This document shows, one piece after another, positions 40,285 to 53,575 of a stretch of 64,000 bases of DNA. A program made the translations under genes and the position numbers. Source of the stretch: Antedon mediterranea (lineage: Eukaryota > Animalia > Echinodermata). The stretch lies in assembly GCF_964355755.1 (NCBI RefSeq), contig NC_092678.1:3674422-3738421 (forward strand), read 5' to 3'. The notes beneath the pieces are model-generated. The model was not told the origin of the DNA. It made no database searches and worked only from the letters and a program-made list of their open reading frames with translations. The stretch's first letter is position 1. Every line of letters starts with the position of its first letter.

Positions 40285-41858
40285 AAACTAGACATGTAAC
40301 TCGTCACTTTGACGAGTTTGGTTATCCGCCGCGCAAGTGGTGCAACATTAACATTAAGGGGATAGGTTGAGGACAAAAGGAAGTGTTCACGTTGGCATTA
40401 TGACCTGAACTGAAGAATATGATATGTTGTTATTGCTGAATTTTATTATTTAAATTCATATATAGTATACACAGTATAATCTGTATCCATATCACATACA
40501 GTGACATACATAGAATAGGCGTAATTACGGGACTCGTTATTTATTGCAATTTTTAACATGTTGACGGTTTTAAAATGAAACGCGAAGGTAGCAATTCCGA
40601 AAGGAAATTATCTCAGCAACAACGTATTAGCGTGTAGAAGAAATTTGAATACGTGAAATATTGATGCGCGCTCGTTTAAATGTAATGAATTATGACGCAA
40701 AAGATGAAAATACGACCTTTTTTATTTTACTGGCCATATGATGACGTCACAACATCCGATTGCCAACATTTTTACATAATTTTGTATCTACAATCCAATA
40801 GCTTCCAGAAAAAGTTTTAATCGTGATTATCACATTTTATTCTTACGAGCTATAACAGATTAAAATTTACTGTAAAGATGAAATTAATGCCACACGTGAT
40901 TTAAATTTTTAGGCATGATGACGTCAAAAAAATTAAAATATTTTTAACTCATGCGAAAGATACTTGATTGACCTAGACAATATTAAAATCGGGGTGAAAA
41001 TGAAAAACGGATAAGTGGAGATGCGCTCTATTCAATGTGATGAGCTATGACGAAAGATACAAAAATCCTAAATTTTATATTCGCGTGGCCATACGATGAC
41101 GTCACAATGTCCGGTTAGCCATATTAGTACCTGATCCGACATCTACAACTCATCTACTTCTAGAATATGTCATCCACAAAAATTTGACCGTCTAGTTTAG
41201 AAAGTACGACTGTTTAAAAAAAGGCATATTTTAAACGAATTGTTTAACCTTTTCATAAAAAACGCGCGCAAATTGTTCAATTCGACGTGCTCGTAAGACG
41301 TATCTTTAAGTCGAAATTTTTTAAAATTTTGTAAAATTACTAGAAAAGGCTGGAAAAACATAAATCACGCGAAAAAAATACGTTTTCAATGCTACGTGCG
41401 CACCGCACACGTAAAAATGTGCGCACGCGTGGGAATTTTTGACATGCTTAAAACGACATGAAACGCGTAGAAAGTTGATTAGAAATTAATTTTGCGCATT
41501 TTGAAATTTTAAATGCGCGTGCGCGCGTAACTTTGTGTAAAACACGGAATTTTTTTTCAACAGAAAGTTAGCGCATGATATAAATTAAACTTTTGCAAAG
41601 TTTCAAGTTGAAATGTTATTTGGTTGTCGAGCTATGTTAAATACGACAAAATCGTTAAATCGCGCGTAAGTCACGTTGCGCAATTGTAAACGTCATGAAA
41701 AGCTTCGCTTGACGATGTTACGTAAATGTCAATATGTTAAGATAGTTACCGAAATGTTATGTTTGCGAGTTTTAGAGAAAAGCGTTACACAAAAATCATA
41801 CAGAATGATTTCGTACAATCACAAGAGGTTATCCTGCAACTTCGTTGCGGATAACCAA
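40285..41858 (-). mobile_element. Non-autonomous Helentron-type (HINE) element, about 1.57 kb, related to 17766-19285
   Basis: Subterminal inverted repeats TTGGTTATCCGC (40318-40329, 41847-41858) with an extra inner copy near 41827. Hairpin AACTCGTCA-CTT-TGACGAGTT (40298-40318) and CTAG (40288-40291). Shares internal blocks with the 17.8-kb element, e.g. TCACATT.AATAGAGCGCATCTC. Confidence 0.8.
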
Positions 41859-43199
41859 TTTAGAACAAAATGAGGTATCAATTCCAAACTGGTATTATAG
41901 TGAGTCTCCCAGGTGAATTTGGGTATTTGTGATGATGTCATCATTGAATGCCAGTACTACAGCAGTACTTGGAAAACTGTTTGCTGTGGAATAGTTGTTG
42001 AACTTGAGAAAGTTATGATACTGTATGCATTGACTATAAATATTAGAGATTATTTTTAATTACTAATAGTTGTATATCATTTGTAAATAAAAAGTTTTTA
42101 TCTACAGACATGTATTAAGATGTATCAATGTGGAATCTGATTTAATAGCAAAAAGAAAATTTTAAATGAAACAAAAGAATATATTATGCATAAAAATTAT
42201 TGATATTATTACTAACATTAACAAATAGATGCACTGATTTTGTTTAAATAACATACCATAAAACTAGCTCCAAATAATAAAGAAAAATAAAAAAGCTATG
42301 TTAAAAATAGCTTTGTAAACATAATCCGACAATTTAATATTGTGGAACCATGAGCAACATTGCACAAAATGATGATAATTGAAAAGGTAAACATTTCGTG
42401 CAAATTAAATACTTTGGTTGAATGACATAGTATGTAAACAAAAACCTATTTTTAGAATATTCTCAGAAATAATAAGCAGGTTGAGAAAATTAATGAAAAG
42501 CATGTTGAAAACAGGATGTAGGGAGGGCGAACACACAAAAGTCTTGGCATGGTTACGGTCTCCAGGGAATGTTTGAGATTAACAAACATGACTGTCCTTC
42601 CTAGATGATATATTATGTTTATAAATAATGACTATACTAATTTAGGTCTAAGTCCATCTTGATTAATAAACAAAATTGTTAGATTTTAGGCCTATAGGAA
42701 AAGGAAGGTTGGCCAGGTACTGTTACAGTGGCATAACAAGAAATTGCAAAAGATGAATGCAAGACCAAACCGACAATATACACATTTTTATCCAAAACTA
42801 GAAATGATGTTTAAAAAAAACAATTTCATCAAGTAAAATGTAATTTCAAATTTCTTCTTAAGTAAAGCACCTTTTCATTTTCTACTATACACACTCGGTT
42901 AAAAGCCCACTCATTTTCAAAATTTGGGTTAAAGTTTGGAGGTGGATTAATAAAAACAAGATTTAAAATATTAATAGACCTGCCTGTACTCCACTTCACC
43001 CACATGGGATAATGAAATTTCCTGAAAACTATGTACCACTACTATGATGATTGTTAGTAAACAAAATCAGGTAATTACTAATAGTATTATTGACCTTGGA
43101 TCGCAAATAAATTGCTTGTATAATATTAGGACATATCCTCTAATTAACAATAATGGATTTAACCAGCCAAGGGTGAACTGCTGCGTTCCTCATTAGTGA

Positions 43200-44197
43200 T
43201 TTATAAAAATCCTTTCGATGTCGTCAAAGCAAAGTAATTAATCCGAAGTAAGAATATGACGAAAACTTTGACATCATATGTTTTGTAATGACATCATAAG
43301 TTTGTAACAAAATCATAAGTTTGTGATGTCATCATGATAGTTCAAGCGGAGTTTTAAAAATGAGTTCATCATGGATCAACTTTTTTTCTCTTCCTAATTA
43401 ACTTCTATTATTACATCATCAATTTCGATTATTTCCGGATTAACTCAATTAAAAATGTTGTGGCTGTTGCATAATATTGAACATTTTATTTTTATGAAAC
43501 GCTTTTGCAAATGCACTTCCGGTTTATTCCATCAAAAAGTCTTCAAAACAGAAGATTAATTGCAATATGAGGAAAACCTTTAACCTCATAAATATGTTTT
43601 CTAATGACATCATAAGTTTGTGATGTCATCATGATAGTTAAAAGCAGAGGTAAAAAAATGCTTTTACAGATGCAATTTCAGTTAATTCCATCAAAAAGTC
43701 CTCAAAACAAAAGATTAATTGCAATATGACGAAAAAATTTTAACCTGTTTTGTAATGACATCATAAGTTTGTTATGTCATCATGATGGTTGAAAGCGGAG
43801 GTAAAAAAAACAAAAACTTTTAACCTCATATGTTTTGTACTGACATAAGTTTGTGATGTCATCATGATGGTTGAAAGCGGAGGTAAAAAAAAACAAAAAC
43901 TTTTAACCTCATATGTTTTGTAATGACATAAGTTTGTGATGTCATCATGATGGTTGAAAGCGGAGGTAAAAAAAAACAAAAACTTTAAACCTCATATGTT
44001 TTGTACTGACATAAGTTTGTGATGTCATCATGATGGTTGAAAGCGGAGGTAAAAAAAAACAAAAACTTTTAACCTCATATGTTTTGTAATGACATCATAA
44101 ATTTGTGATGTCATCATGATAATTCAAAGCAGAGGTAAAAAAACGCTTTTACAGATGCACTTCCGGTTTATTCCATCAAAAAGTAGTCAAAACAGAA
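43200..44197. repeat. Satellite-like array: ~159-bp monomers plus five ~82-83-bp half-units
   Basis: GCTTTT...TTCCATCAAAAAGT blocks at 43501, 43660 and 44145. TGATGGTTGAAAGCGGAGG recurs at 43783, 43865, 43948 and 44031. Confidence 0.9.
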
Positions 44198-45323
44198 TTG
44201 AATCATTATTTCCCACTTTTTTCTAAATTCCCAAGTTGATCTACATCATCAAGTCAATCATGTACTCAAAGCTAAACGTGTTTAGCAAAATTTAATGCAA
44301 TTTTTAAGTAGATGCTTTTAAATGTGTAATTTCTTAAACCCAATTAGCCACAAATAACTTAATAATAATAATAATAATTACAATTTAATAATAGATATGT
44401 TAACGCGATGTAATCTATGTCATTTTTAATTTCAAACAAATTGCAGAAGATGAATGATTTATATTTAACTTAAATTTAATGTTTAGTACATTTTTTTTCT
44501 TTAGAATAAAAATTGCTTGTGAATAGTCCATATTACGTGTTATTATGCAATATAAGATAATAAGGTAAATTTACTATTGTTAGACCAGAAAAATATTGCA
44601 TTCACAAATAATATGTTAAATATCTATGTACTAGAAAGTATTATTTTATGTTGAATACTTTCAAAGTAGTAGCTAGCAGTAGCATTGCGTAAAGATTACC
44701 GTTTAATAGCCCAAACCTGCGATTTAGATGACAAATAGTTGAACTATGTTTGATCGTATTAATTTAGTCTTAAGTACTCATAATACTATTACACGCATCG
44801 TGTACAAATAAGAAGCAATCAAACTAAGGGTTGTCTAATCGCAAAAACTATACAAGATCATCACCAAAACAAGACTGTCTGTAATTGTTAGTCATCAAAC
44901 ATTCCAGGACGTTGATGCGATTTTAAAGACTGGACAAAAAAAGTTAAAGTCAGGCAATCTGTCGGATTAAAGTTAAGTGGAGGTTTAAGTGATTGCTACA
45001 TGTTCAAGGATATTATTAATAGTGGTGGATATTTAAGTTTATGACAGTTAGAGGTATATGATTAGTGGCTATTATGGCTACTTTAAATTAAATTAAATCA
45101 TTGATATAAAAAAAAAAGAAGAGGAAAGACACATTTGCTATTTCAAACTTACATAGGCAAGAAAAAGTAGTTGTACAAAAAAGAAACTAGATTAGTAGTA
45201 CACTAACACAAACAAAATAACATTTTAAACAAGTTACTATTAAAATATTGGTCAGATTTGCCCTACTCTGACGTAATTTATGCCTTATATTAAGTACATT
45301 TAAGAGTACATGCGAACAAATTT

Positions 45324-45383
45324 GACTCAAACCCACGACTTCCAGATCACTAGCCTGGCGTTCATACATCTAGACCACCGAGC
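45324..45383 (-). mobile_element. tRNA-derived (SINE-head-like) remnant
   Basis: Minus strand GCTCGGTGGTCTAGATG (A-box-like) ... GTGGGTTTGAGTC (B-box-like). Does not form a complete cloverleaf. Confidence 0.5.
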
Positions 45384-45441
45384 TTGCGCTGATGGCTATA
45401 AGTGGTTAGATTCGCGTCCAAGTAAGCAACAGGATTGTAAT

Positions 45442-47032
45442 CTGGGGCGGATCCAGAGGGGGGGTCCACGGGGTCCGGACCCCCCCTAAATTTTAAGGGT
45501 GCCCTTTTTTTAGAGGTTCAATATTTTATTCGTGTGACATATTTGTGTGTATATTAGTATGCACAGAGTAAGCTACACTAACCCCAAAAATAAAAACAGA
45601 AATTTATCACAATGAGCGCGATGTTAAGTTACGGCGACCGATCAAAGAACTAGAGGTGGTGATGCGTGATGATCTCTACTTAAACTTCTAAAAATAGATC
45701 GTTTCGCATACTACAGAGGGCACATGTAAACTTTTTACGATTCAACTCCGCGTACGTTACCATGCCCGCTCTGTCATTGACGCGATTATTTGTCCATTGG
45801 TAAACACATTTTTATGTATTATTATTCTGAAAATAATTGAACTGTAAACATAATTCTTTTGAGTATTTGTTTATTTACATATCATTCCATCAGATCAACT
45901 ATTTTTTATTTACATTACATCCAACCAATGTAAAAAATGTAGTTAAAATATCGTACTATCTACCGCGTACGACCATACGCGGTAGATTGTTTACTCAAAA
46001 ATCATCGAACGGTCCTTACACTATACTATTCAACCTTGTTTTTATAGTTGAGCCTCTCATGACCTGGGATTTGTTTGTCTTCCTACGCCAAGATAATATA
46101 GTTCTACAAGCCATGTGCTTTTTTCTCTGAGAAATATTTATTATAAGTGCCAAAAAAATGTTTTATTATTCAAATCTTTTAAAGAAAAATCACACATACC
46201 ATAAAGAAGGTTCATTTATTTCATTTTTGAAACAATATTTGTGAAAATTACGTGAGGCTCAACTACAAAACCACCATTTTGTGATATGATGTCATCGTAA
46301 GCCAATCAAAGCTGAGCTTTCCCGCGATCGGCAGAGCTCACGGTTGAATGATTTTGGATTCTGGCTATTTTGGATTGGTGGACACGAATCACCCACAGCG
46401 GAATGTTTTCTCTCGCGCGCGTGTACCAAGAAGTCACATGATCTCTCTGTACTGAACGGTACTCTACACAAATTTAGAGCAATGAATTTGTACGAATTCC
46501 GTTAAATAAACAACTCTATATATTTTATAAACATTTAATAACATATTTTATTGATATTTCCAATGTTGATATATAAAAGAAATTACTATAAAACGTAATT
46601 ATATGTAATTATTTTAGCGAAAAATGGCGCAATTTGTTTACAACGTTCGTGGCTAAAAACGATCATTTTCGGCAATGTTTTAGACCCTATATTTCGAAAA
46701 CTACAAGTCAGATTTTCGTAATTCTTTCTTTATTGGAATATTGAAACAAAATACCAACAGATAATGTTTAAATTGGTTGAAAAATAACAACTTTTAATTT
46801 TGCATCGTTATCTCTGCTAATAAAGTGTCATTTCCGGCGAACTAGAAAGGTGCCATTTATCATGGATTTTGCGTGCGGGAGTGCCATTTCCGGCCATCTA
46901 AGTGTGTCCTGTAACAAAATTCGCTTCGCCACAACCCCCACCATGGGGGGGCTGTGGCTCAAATACTCAATATCTGATGTGCCCTTTTTATCGCCGGACC
47001 CCCCCTCTCAAAAATGTCTGGATCCGCCCCAG
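45442..47032. mobile_element. Non-autonomous DNA transposon, 1591 bp, 16-bp perfect TIRs, 5-bp TSD
   Basis: CTGGGGCGGATCCAGA at 45442-45457 and its reverse complement at 47017-47032. GTAAT duplicated at 45437-45441 and 47033-47037. No transposase ORF seen. Confidence 0.9.
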
Positions 47033-47140
47033 GTAATTGTTTAATTACTGTGGAGTAGCTTTGCGTCAGGGAGTTGAGTAATTGGTCAGATGTTTTGCAC
47101 AACTCGTAATTTGTACTTGTATTAAAATATTATTCAATAA

Positions 47141-47239
47141 AACAAGGCCATATACATGGCTGCAGTCGTGCACGCAAATTTGAGTTTGTGTTTACCGACC
47201 GACCAACCGACTGTAGAGTCGCGTTTGCAAACGACTAAA
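47141..47239 (-). mobile_element. Short DINE-1/HINE-like element, copy 2
   Basis: AACAAGGCCATATACATGGCTGCAGTCG...(CCGA)n...GTAGAGTCG...ACGACTAAA. Confidence 0.75.
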
Positions 47240-50200
47240 CTTACAATTTTAGAACATTATATATTTTGTGTATATCTCCATCCAAAATCTGTCGATTTTG
47301 AATTTGTAGTTTTAGTTTTTATTTATCACAAATGTCAACTAGACAAAACATAATCTGATTTAATCCATAATGAAAAACAAATCAATTTATTAATTAACAT
47401 ATCATAGTAATAGCTTTTGTTTTTATGTATTAATTAATTTTTCCATTTTGAAATCCAAAACCAATTAAAAATAATTGTAAAAATCCTGGTAAAGGTTACA
47501 ATAGTTACCATAAGCTAATGTTTATTGTAAACAAGAAATTTTAGTTAAAAAATTTATAATAATAATTCAATATATATATCACATATATATATTTTTTGGA
47601 TCATACATGTATGGAAACATACTGCCTTAATGCTAGTAATCAATAAAATACGCAGTCATTGTAAACAAATTGCAATAGAAATGTTTAAAAGATCTTTGAT
47701 GAATTCTTTAACAAAAATTATTTAAAGCATTGCTTGCTTTCAGTTTTAAATTTGTTTTATAAAGTTTTTTATATAAAAAGAAGTTAGCTTCGTACGATAG
47801 ATAACAAAAATTTAAGCAAGAAGTTTCATAATTTCCTCAATTCTGTAAAGAGATGAACATAAAATATATATGATACAATATACGCGGATGAAAAAATGTA
47901 TGAAACTTGGCAGACGGCAGAGTATACACAATATCAATTCACCATCACATGAATTTACCTCAAAACGTCCCACTTACACTTCCTTCCTTGATCTATTAAA
48001 ATGTTGCCAAATTGTACCAATCATAATTACATGACTTACATGAAGAGTATTTCCCTATCTCTGATTTGTCATCTGGAATTGGGAAAATCTGGAATTGGGG
48101 AAGGGTAAGGGTTTCATAGATGGGATGGTACACATCACCTTTAATTGCAAACCATAAACTTTGTACTGTCAGAAACGCTGTTTTCTTTGCACACTTGCTC
48201 GTCGAATACCATACAAAACAAAGTAAAATTCATTCATTTACTAAACCATTATAAAAATATTCTGCCCACAACAGAAATAATTCCCTCCATTTAGAACTAA
48301 ACCATCATACTAAATATGGTAAAACAAGATTAAATTGTTGTTTTTCTACTGGTTGTTTGATGTATAGTGAGCGTCCCACAACACTTTAAGTATTATGGAC
48401 TTAAATTTAATCAATTTGGAACATCTATACCAGATGGTTACTAGTGAAGATTTCAATGTATGTTTTTTAACAATGTGTAATAACATAATAATATAGAGTA
48501 TTATAGTTTTAACCATGCAAAAACAGGTACAAAAAAGATTCACAAAGTACGACAAACCGAGTGGTATTTCACCTGAATATGAGGGCTTAACCCACGCGAA
48601 TACGCTCAAACTAGGACACGGGTAACAAATATGAAATTCAAAACAGATTAAATTAATTCTGACATTTCTGTTCTAGGTTTTAAAAATGTGATTGTCTAAA
48701 AAATATCACAAAAAAATATATTACCCTAGCTAAAGAGGTTATTATAAAATGTTATTATAATAATATGTAATATTTACATTATATCACAATCTCACAGTTT
48801 TAAAATTGACATTTCCTTTTCAGTTGAACAAATTGGTTTACATTTCATGAAATAACAGGTGCAATTTTAAACAGAAGTCCTTCATGTTAACATAACAAAA
48901 TTAATTGTAGGTTGATATCTAAATGAACTAGTATCATTATTGACTCATGACCTTGGCGACTGCTGTTTGCTAGGCCCTCCGGACGGTAGCTTGAGGGGCT
49001 GACATGCCCTGGGTGGGCAGAGTGCAGTCAGTAACATGCTTTTATAAGGTTGAGTTGCGGAAATGATCTGGCAGGTGGTGTAGGCCTAGGTATGTAACGG
49101 ACATTGTATCCTCAAAAACATAAATAATTACAGTTTTACAAAGCAGAGTAAATTGATGACCTGGTTCAACATTAAACGAATATAACTTTATCATTTTGAA
49201 CATACAGAAATATTATAAATATTGTTGGGAAAGGCAAGTATAGGGCACGTTGATGGAGTCTTTTAGAACACAAGATCATTGAACTTTACCAAACAAACTC
49301 TTATACTGTGATGATTTTTTTCTGAGAAAGTATACTATTAATCCAATGATCATAGATCCTAAATTGATAGGAAACTGGTTTTATCAGTGGCAGTGAGATA
49401 AATAGTTATCTGGTTGATAAACCTTGAATGTATTAGTGGTGGGATAAGGGATGTTCAAAAAGAGGACAGTAGGTTTGGTATGACATCTGTTCCTTCTTGT
49501 GCATGGTAATTGTTAGTGATGTTATTTTGAAATTGTTTAATTCTTTTCATCTGATGGGAAATGAGTGAATGATTTAAGTCTTTAGTGAAACTTTAGAATA
49601 CATTGCAGAGTGGAGTAGTGAATAACAATTTATTTTTAAATTGGAAGGTAAGAGTAAAATGATCTTGCACTAATCAGAACGTGCATTATATTTGGAAATG
49701 ATGTTGCAGTTTTATATACCAGAAATCCCCTTTTTTCCATTTTTCAAGTACAAGATACACAATGAAAGATGATGAAAGGAAAAGAGCTGAAATAAATACT
49801 AGCATTAGCATTTTGCGAGATAGAGTAACCAAAGATTTCCAATATTGGACAGGAATAACAAGAGAGAAAATAAATATATAAAATCTAGTAGAAAAGAGGA
49901 ACTTGAACCAAATACATGCTCTGGTTCCTGAATCATCAGAACAGAAAATTCAAATATATATCATTATAATGCGCATACACATTCCTGACTCACTGAGCCA
50001 CAAAATTCGATAAAATTTGTTGTTACAAAAACAAACACTAGAAAAACCCATATAGAAATAAAATGAAAACAAGAAATGTCCTGAACGTTTGTAACTAATT
50101 CGTTGCTAATAAGGGGTATTACACGTTATTATTAATAATTCAAAACACGTTTTTTTCCTAATCTTTTTGACATCATTACACATTTTGTAACAGCATTAGA

Positions 50201-51688
50201 AACTCATTAAAATGTTTACTAATTGATACTCGTTTCATCACCTGTTATTAATAACAACTTTATTTGTAAATAAAAAGTGGAAAACTATTGCATCACAGAT
50301 TAATATTATTTCGCAAATAAAATGCTAAAATGACGCGAGTTCCTATATTTAAAGGATTAGTATAATTATTTTTGGCTTTGATAAAACAAATATGTTTTAA
50401 TTTAATCTATTAAGCTTTAATTCAATTAGGTCTATTAAAAAATGATCATATAGAATTAAAAAAAACTTATTTATTACTCTAAAGTCTTCTATTCAAATTT
50501 AACCTAAATTTGGGGATTATATTCAAGCATTTTCAAATATGGTACCGAAGTATATATATTATATAGTTATATATAGTCCTACTATGCTAACGCCATATTT
50601 TTTATATCATAATGTTGACGCTTCCCTTTGGCTATCTATTTTGATATACCTAAGTTAGCAAAGTAAACACACATTACGGCTCGTTGACACATCAGATGAG
50701 GAGCAAAATGGAGTACTAATGTGTTGTAACAACACTAGCTACCTCAGAGGCTAGAAAATTGTCAAGTGCATTAAAATTATACCCAGGACACTAACGAAAA
50801 TAGCTCAGAGGGTGCTTTAAATATTTGAGACTAGCATACGTTGGTATGGGGACAATTTTTAATCTGTTATGAGCATTTAAAATCAATGTGCTATTTTCGG
50901 TTCATGTTTGTTTGGTACTAAATTAGATCTATGTGGTTAATGTCCACATTTTCTGACCATGGGTGGCTTGAAAACAAATGAAGACATTAGGAAAACATAC
51001 CAGTCACATGAACTACATGTTTCTATCTAACAGTATGTCACTCAACTTATTAATAAAGAAAATTAAAAACAATCATTTTACCTGGACACACATTATTTAT
51101 TTATTCCTTACAGCTGTTGTAACTCTCAGATTGCTCTTGTTTTTAATAAATTGGGTTAAACCAAATTTAGGCCTAAATATTAATGATGCATAACAATTTT
51201 GACCGCAGGCTATGTTTGAAAGAAACATTTTCCTTGTCACCAGCAAACTTGTTTTCCTTTCTTTTTTGTACCAATTTATAAATCGATCTTGTTCTCATTC
51301 CAAAACCATTTTTCAGCAAGTGAATAGGTCTTTTATTCTTTGAGACCGCAAAAAATGCGGCAAACCCTGAACAACTCCAGTAGGTCTAATTGTACCTCCA
51401 CTAAGGAAACTTACATGCTTAAAATAACTAACACAGCATGTATTCACATACAGTTGAATCTAAACAGAACATATTTCATGTTTAAAAGAGCCATCATTGC
51501 CTTACAGCAAAATTATGCAAGTGAAAAATATAATTTGGAATTCAAAGTTTTCAAAATATTTTGATTATAAAAATTAGTTTAACTGTGTATCTTTAGGGCC
51601 TACAAACAATTCTGTATTTTAATGTGGCCCATGTTCAGTATTTGATAGATATTGACTGCATCTGTATTGAAAGTAGAAGACTGGGATA

Positions 51689-51806
51689 AAACAAGGCCAT
51701 ATACATGGCTGCAGTCGCGTACTCAAGTTAGTGTTTACCGACCGACCAACTGACCGACCGAACGACCGACAGTGAGCTGTAGAGTCGTATTGCACACGAC
51801 TAAAAA
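51689..51806 (-). mobile_element. Short DINE-1/HINE-like element, copy 3
   Basis: AACAAGGCCATATACATGGCTGCAGTCGCG...(CCGA)n...GTAGAGTCGTATTGCACACGACTAAAAA. Confidence 0.78.
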
Positions 51807-53410
51807 AGATGTGGACAAACAACATCAAGAAAAAAACTCTCAAATTGAACAGTAGCTTCATAGAGAAAATGAAAAATGCTGGAGGGTTAGGCTCATTTGT
51901 GAATGACAACCTGATGATGATTACTGCACCTGTAAACGTGCAGAGTCCTAAATCTATTGAGAACTTTTTAATTTTAAAAAATGTTCAAATGATATGATAA
52001 TATACAATGATGGTCTAGGAGATTAAAACAACATTAGAGCATGTACTGCAAGAACCCTGCCATAATACCGGTTACTAGCGGCCTAAAACCAAACATCCAG
52101 CACCTCAAAACACAATGAAACAATTAAAATGTAACTCTATCTAGCCAGATCATGTATAAGTTGGTCAGATAACCCTGAATGTAAAATACACAACAAGTAA
52201 ATAGGCCTTACGGAGTCACTCATTGCGATTGTCTCTAACCTGCGCTTAGATCGTAATCTGACAGCCTGACCATCATTAAGAAAGTGTTTATTTAACCACA
52301 CTGTAACTACTTATTAGATCAAGAATGTAAAGCGATATAGAAGATTCCTCTGGATGTCCAAACTCAGTAGTTAAATTTAATAGCCGTGAGCCTTCAGGTG
52401 ATACAGCACCTCAAATCCATATTTGAAAACTTCCAGGCTATTTTTGGGATGTTACCAGCTGGCTCTCCATGTTAATAAGAGTATCCTATAATTAGAATAG
52501 ACAAATTACTGCAGACATTGGGCTCCCAGGTCTGAATACAAAAACTCATTCTTTCCATTCTGACATTGCTAAAAATATCTGGTTCCCATAAGGATCCCCC
52601 CTGAGCACTCACAAAAACTTGTATCAATTTAATATACGAAATAAACTCATGAAATACAAAGCAAATATGATTCTATTTGTCTATAGGAATTTAATAAATC
52701 TTTAAAATTAATTTGTTATGATCAAACAAATAAAAAATGATAAAATTCGTTTAACTTCCTGCAAGAAATCTAGACAGGTAATCCTCGTACTTGTTCTTAC
52801 AAAGAAAAAAATGACTTTTTGATTAGTTGCCAAATAATAGGAAATTAGTTGTGAAATTTAATCATTTAACTGTTTGTTTTTAGTGAATATTTATATGCAT
52901 TTCTGTGCCAACTGTTTACACCTTTAATAGCTCTTTAATACTTTCATTTTGACCAATTCTTATATACAGTATTCATATGTTTACATTTGAAAAGAACAAT
53001 TTAATAAATTAAATATTAAATTGATATTAAATTCTTCAGATCATTGTGGACAAAACCACAAAATGAAAAGTAGATTTTATGTTATTACAACAACAAAAAC
53101 TTGCAGACAAGAAAAAATTAAGAGAGAGAATTTGGGAGAGGAAGTACGTAAATGTTTTATAAGAGATGGCAGTGTATGGCTAGTTGGAATGTTACAACAT
53201 TGCACAATATACCACAAAGTACTCGTAAAAACATGGAAGCGTTGGACCACAGTAAATACCAGAAGTAATGCAATGGCATTCCCAGTTGGATCACTTCCTA
53301 ATGGAAGTACTCTGGAAGCTGCTTTCAACAAACATGTACACGTGTGACTAAGAGATAAATCTACCAACTTTCACCACAGTGCAGTCTTCTACTTTAAACA
53401 ATAAGTACAA

Positions 53411-53575
53411 ATCAATCATTCCATTTTTATAGCGCCATTCCAACGATTTTTCATGGCGCTGTAAAAAAAAGTCAGAAAAAGCAAGTTTTTAAAAGTGATT
53501 TGAAGCTGCCCAATGATGATGAGTGTAATATAAAGGCAGATTGTTCAAAAGCCTAGGTCCAACAGTAGTGACAGT
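53411..53575 (-). mobile_element. L2-clade LINE 3' end fragment
   Basis: Minus strand encodes TVGPRLLNNLP...SSSLGSFKSLLKTCFF (frameshifted ORF2 end), then stem-loop GCGCCAT...ATGGCGC, TATAAAAAT and a short tail. Confidence 0.65.

Noticed and set aside
43735-44140. Regular repeats that could be mistaken for a CRISPR array
   Set aside because: Head-to-tail near-identical units without unique spacers, in eukaryotic DNA with no cas genes.
47978-47992. 15-nt in-frame minus-strand microexon candidate (IKEGS) with a GTAAGT donor
   Set aside because: Poor pyrimidine tract and T at donor position -1; expected by chance in 60 kb of AT-rich intron.
52380-52600. Possible LINE remnant (RSEYKNSFFP motif) on the plus strand
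   Set aside because: Only one short motif amid stops; boundaries cannot be supported.
53021-53367. Overlapping 108-aa and 96-aa ORFs on opposite strands
   Set aside because: No recognisable motif and no convincing splice sites.
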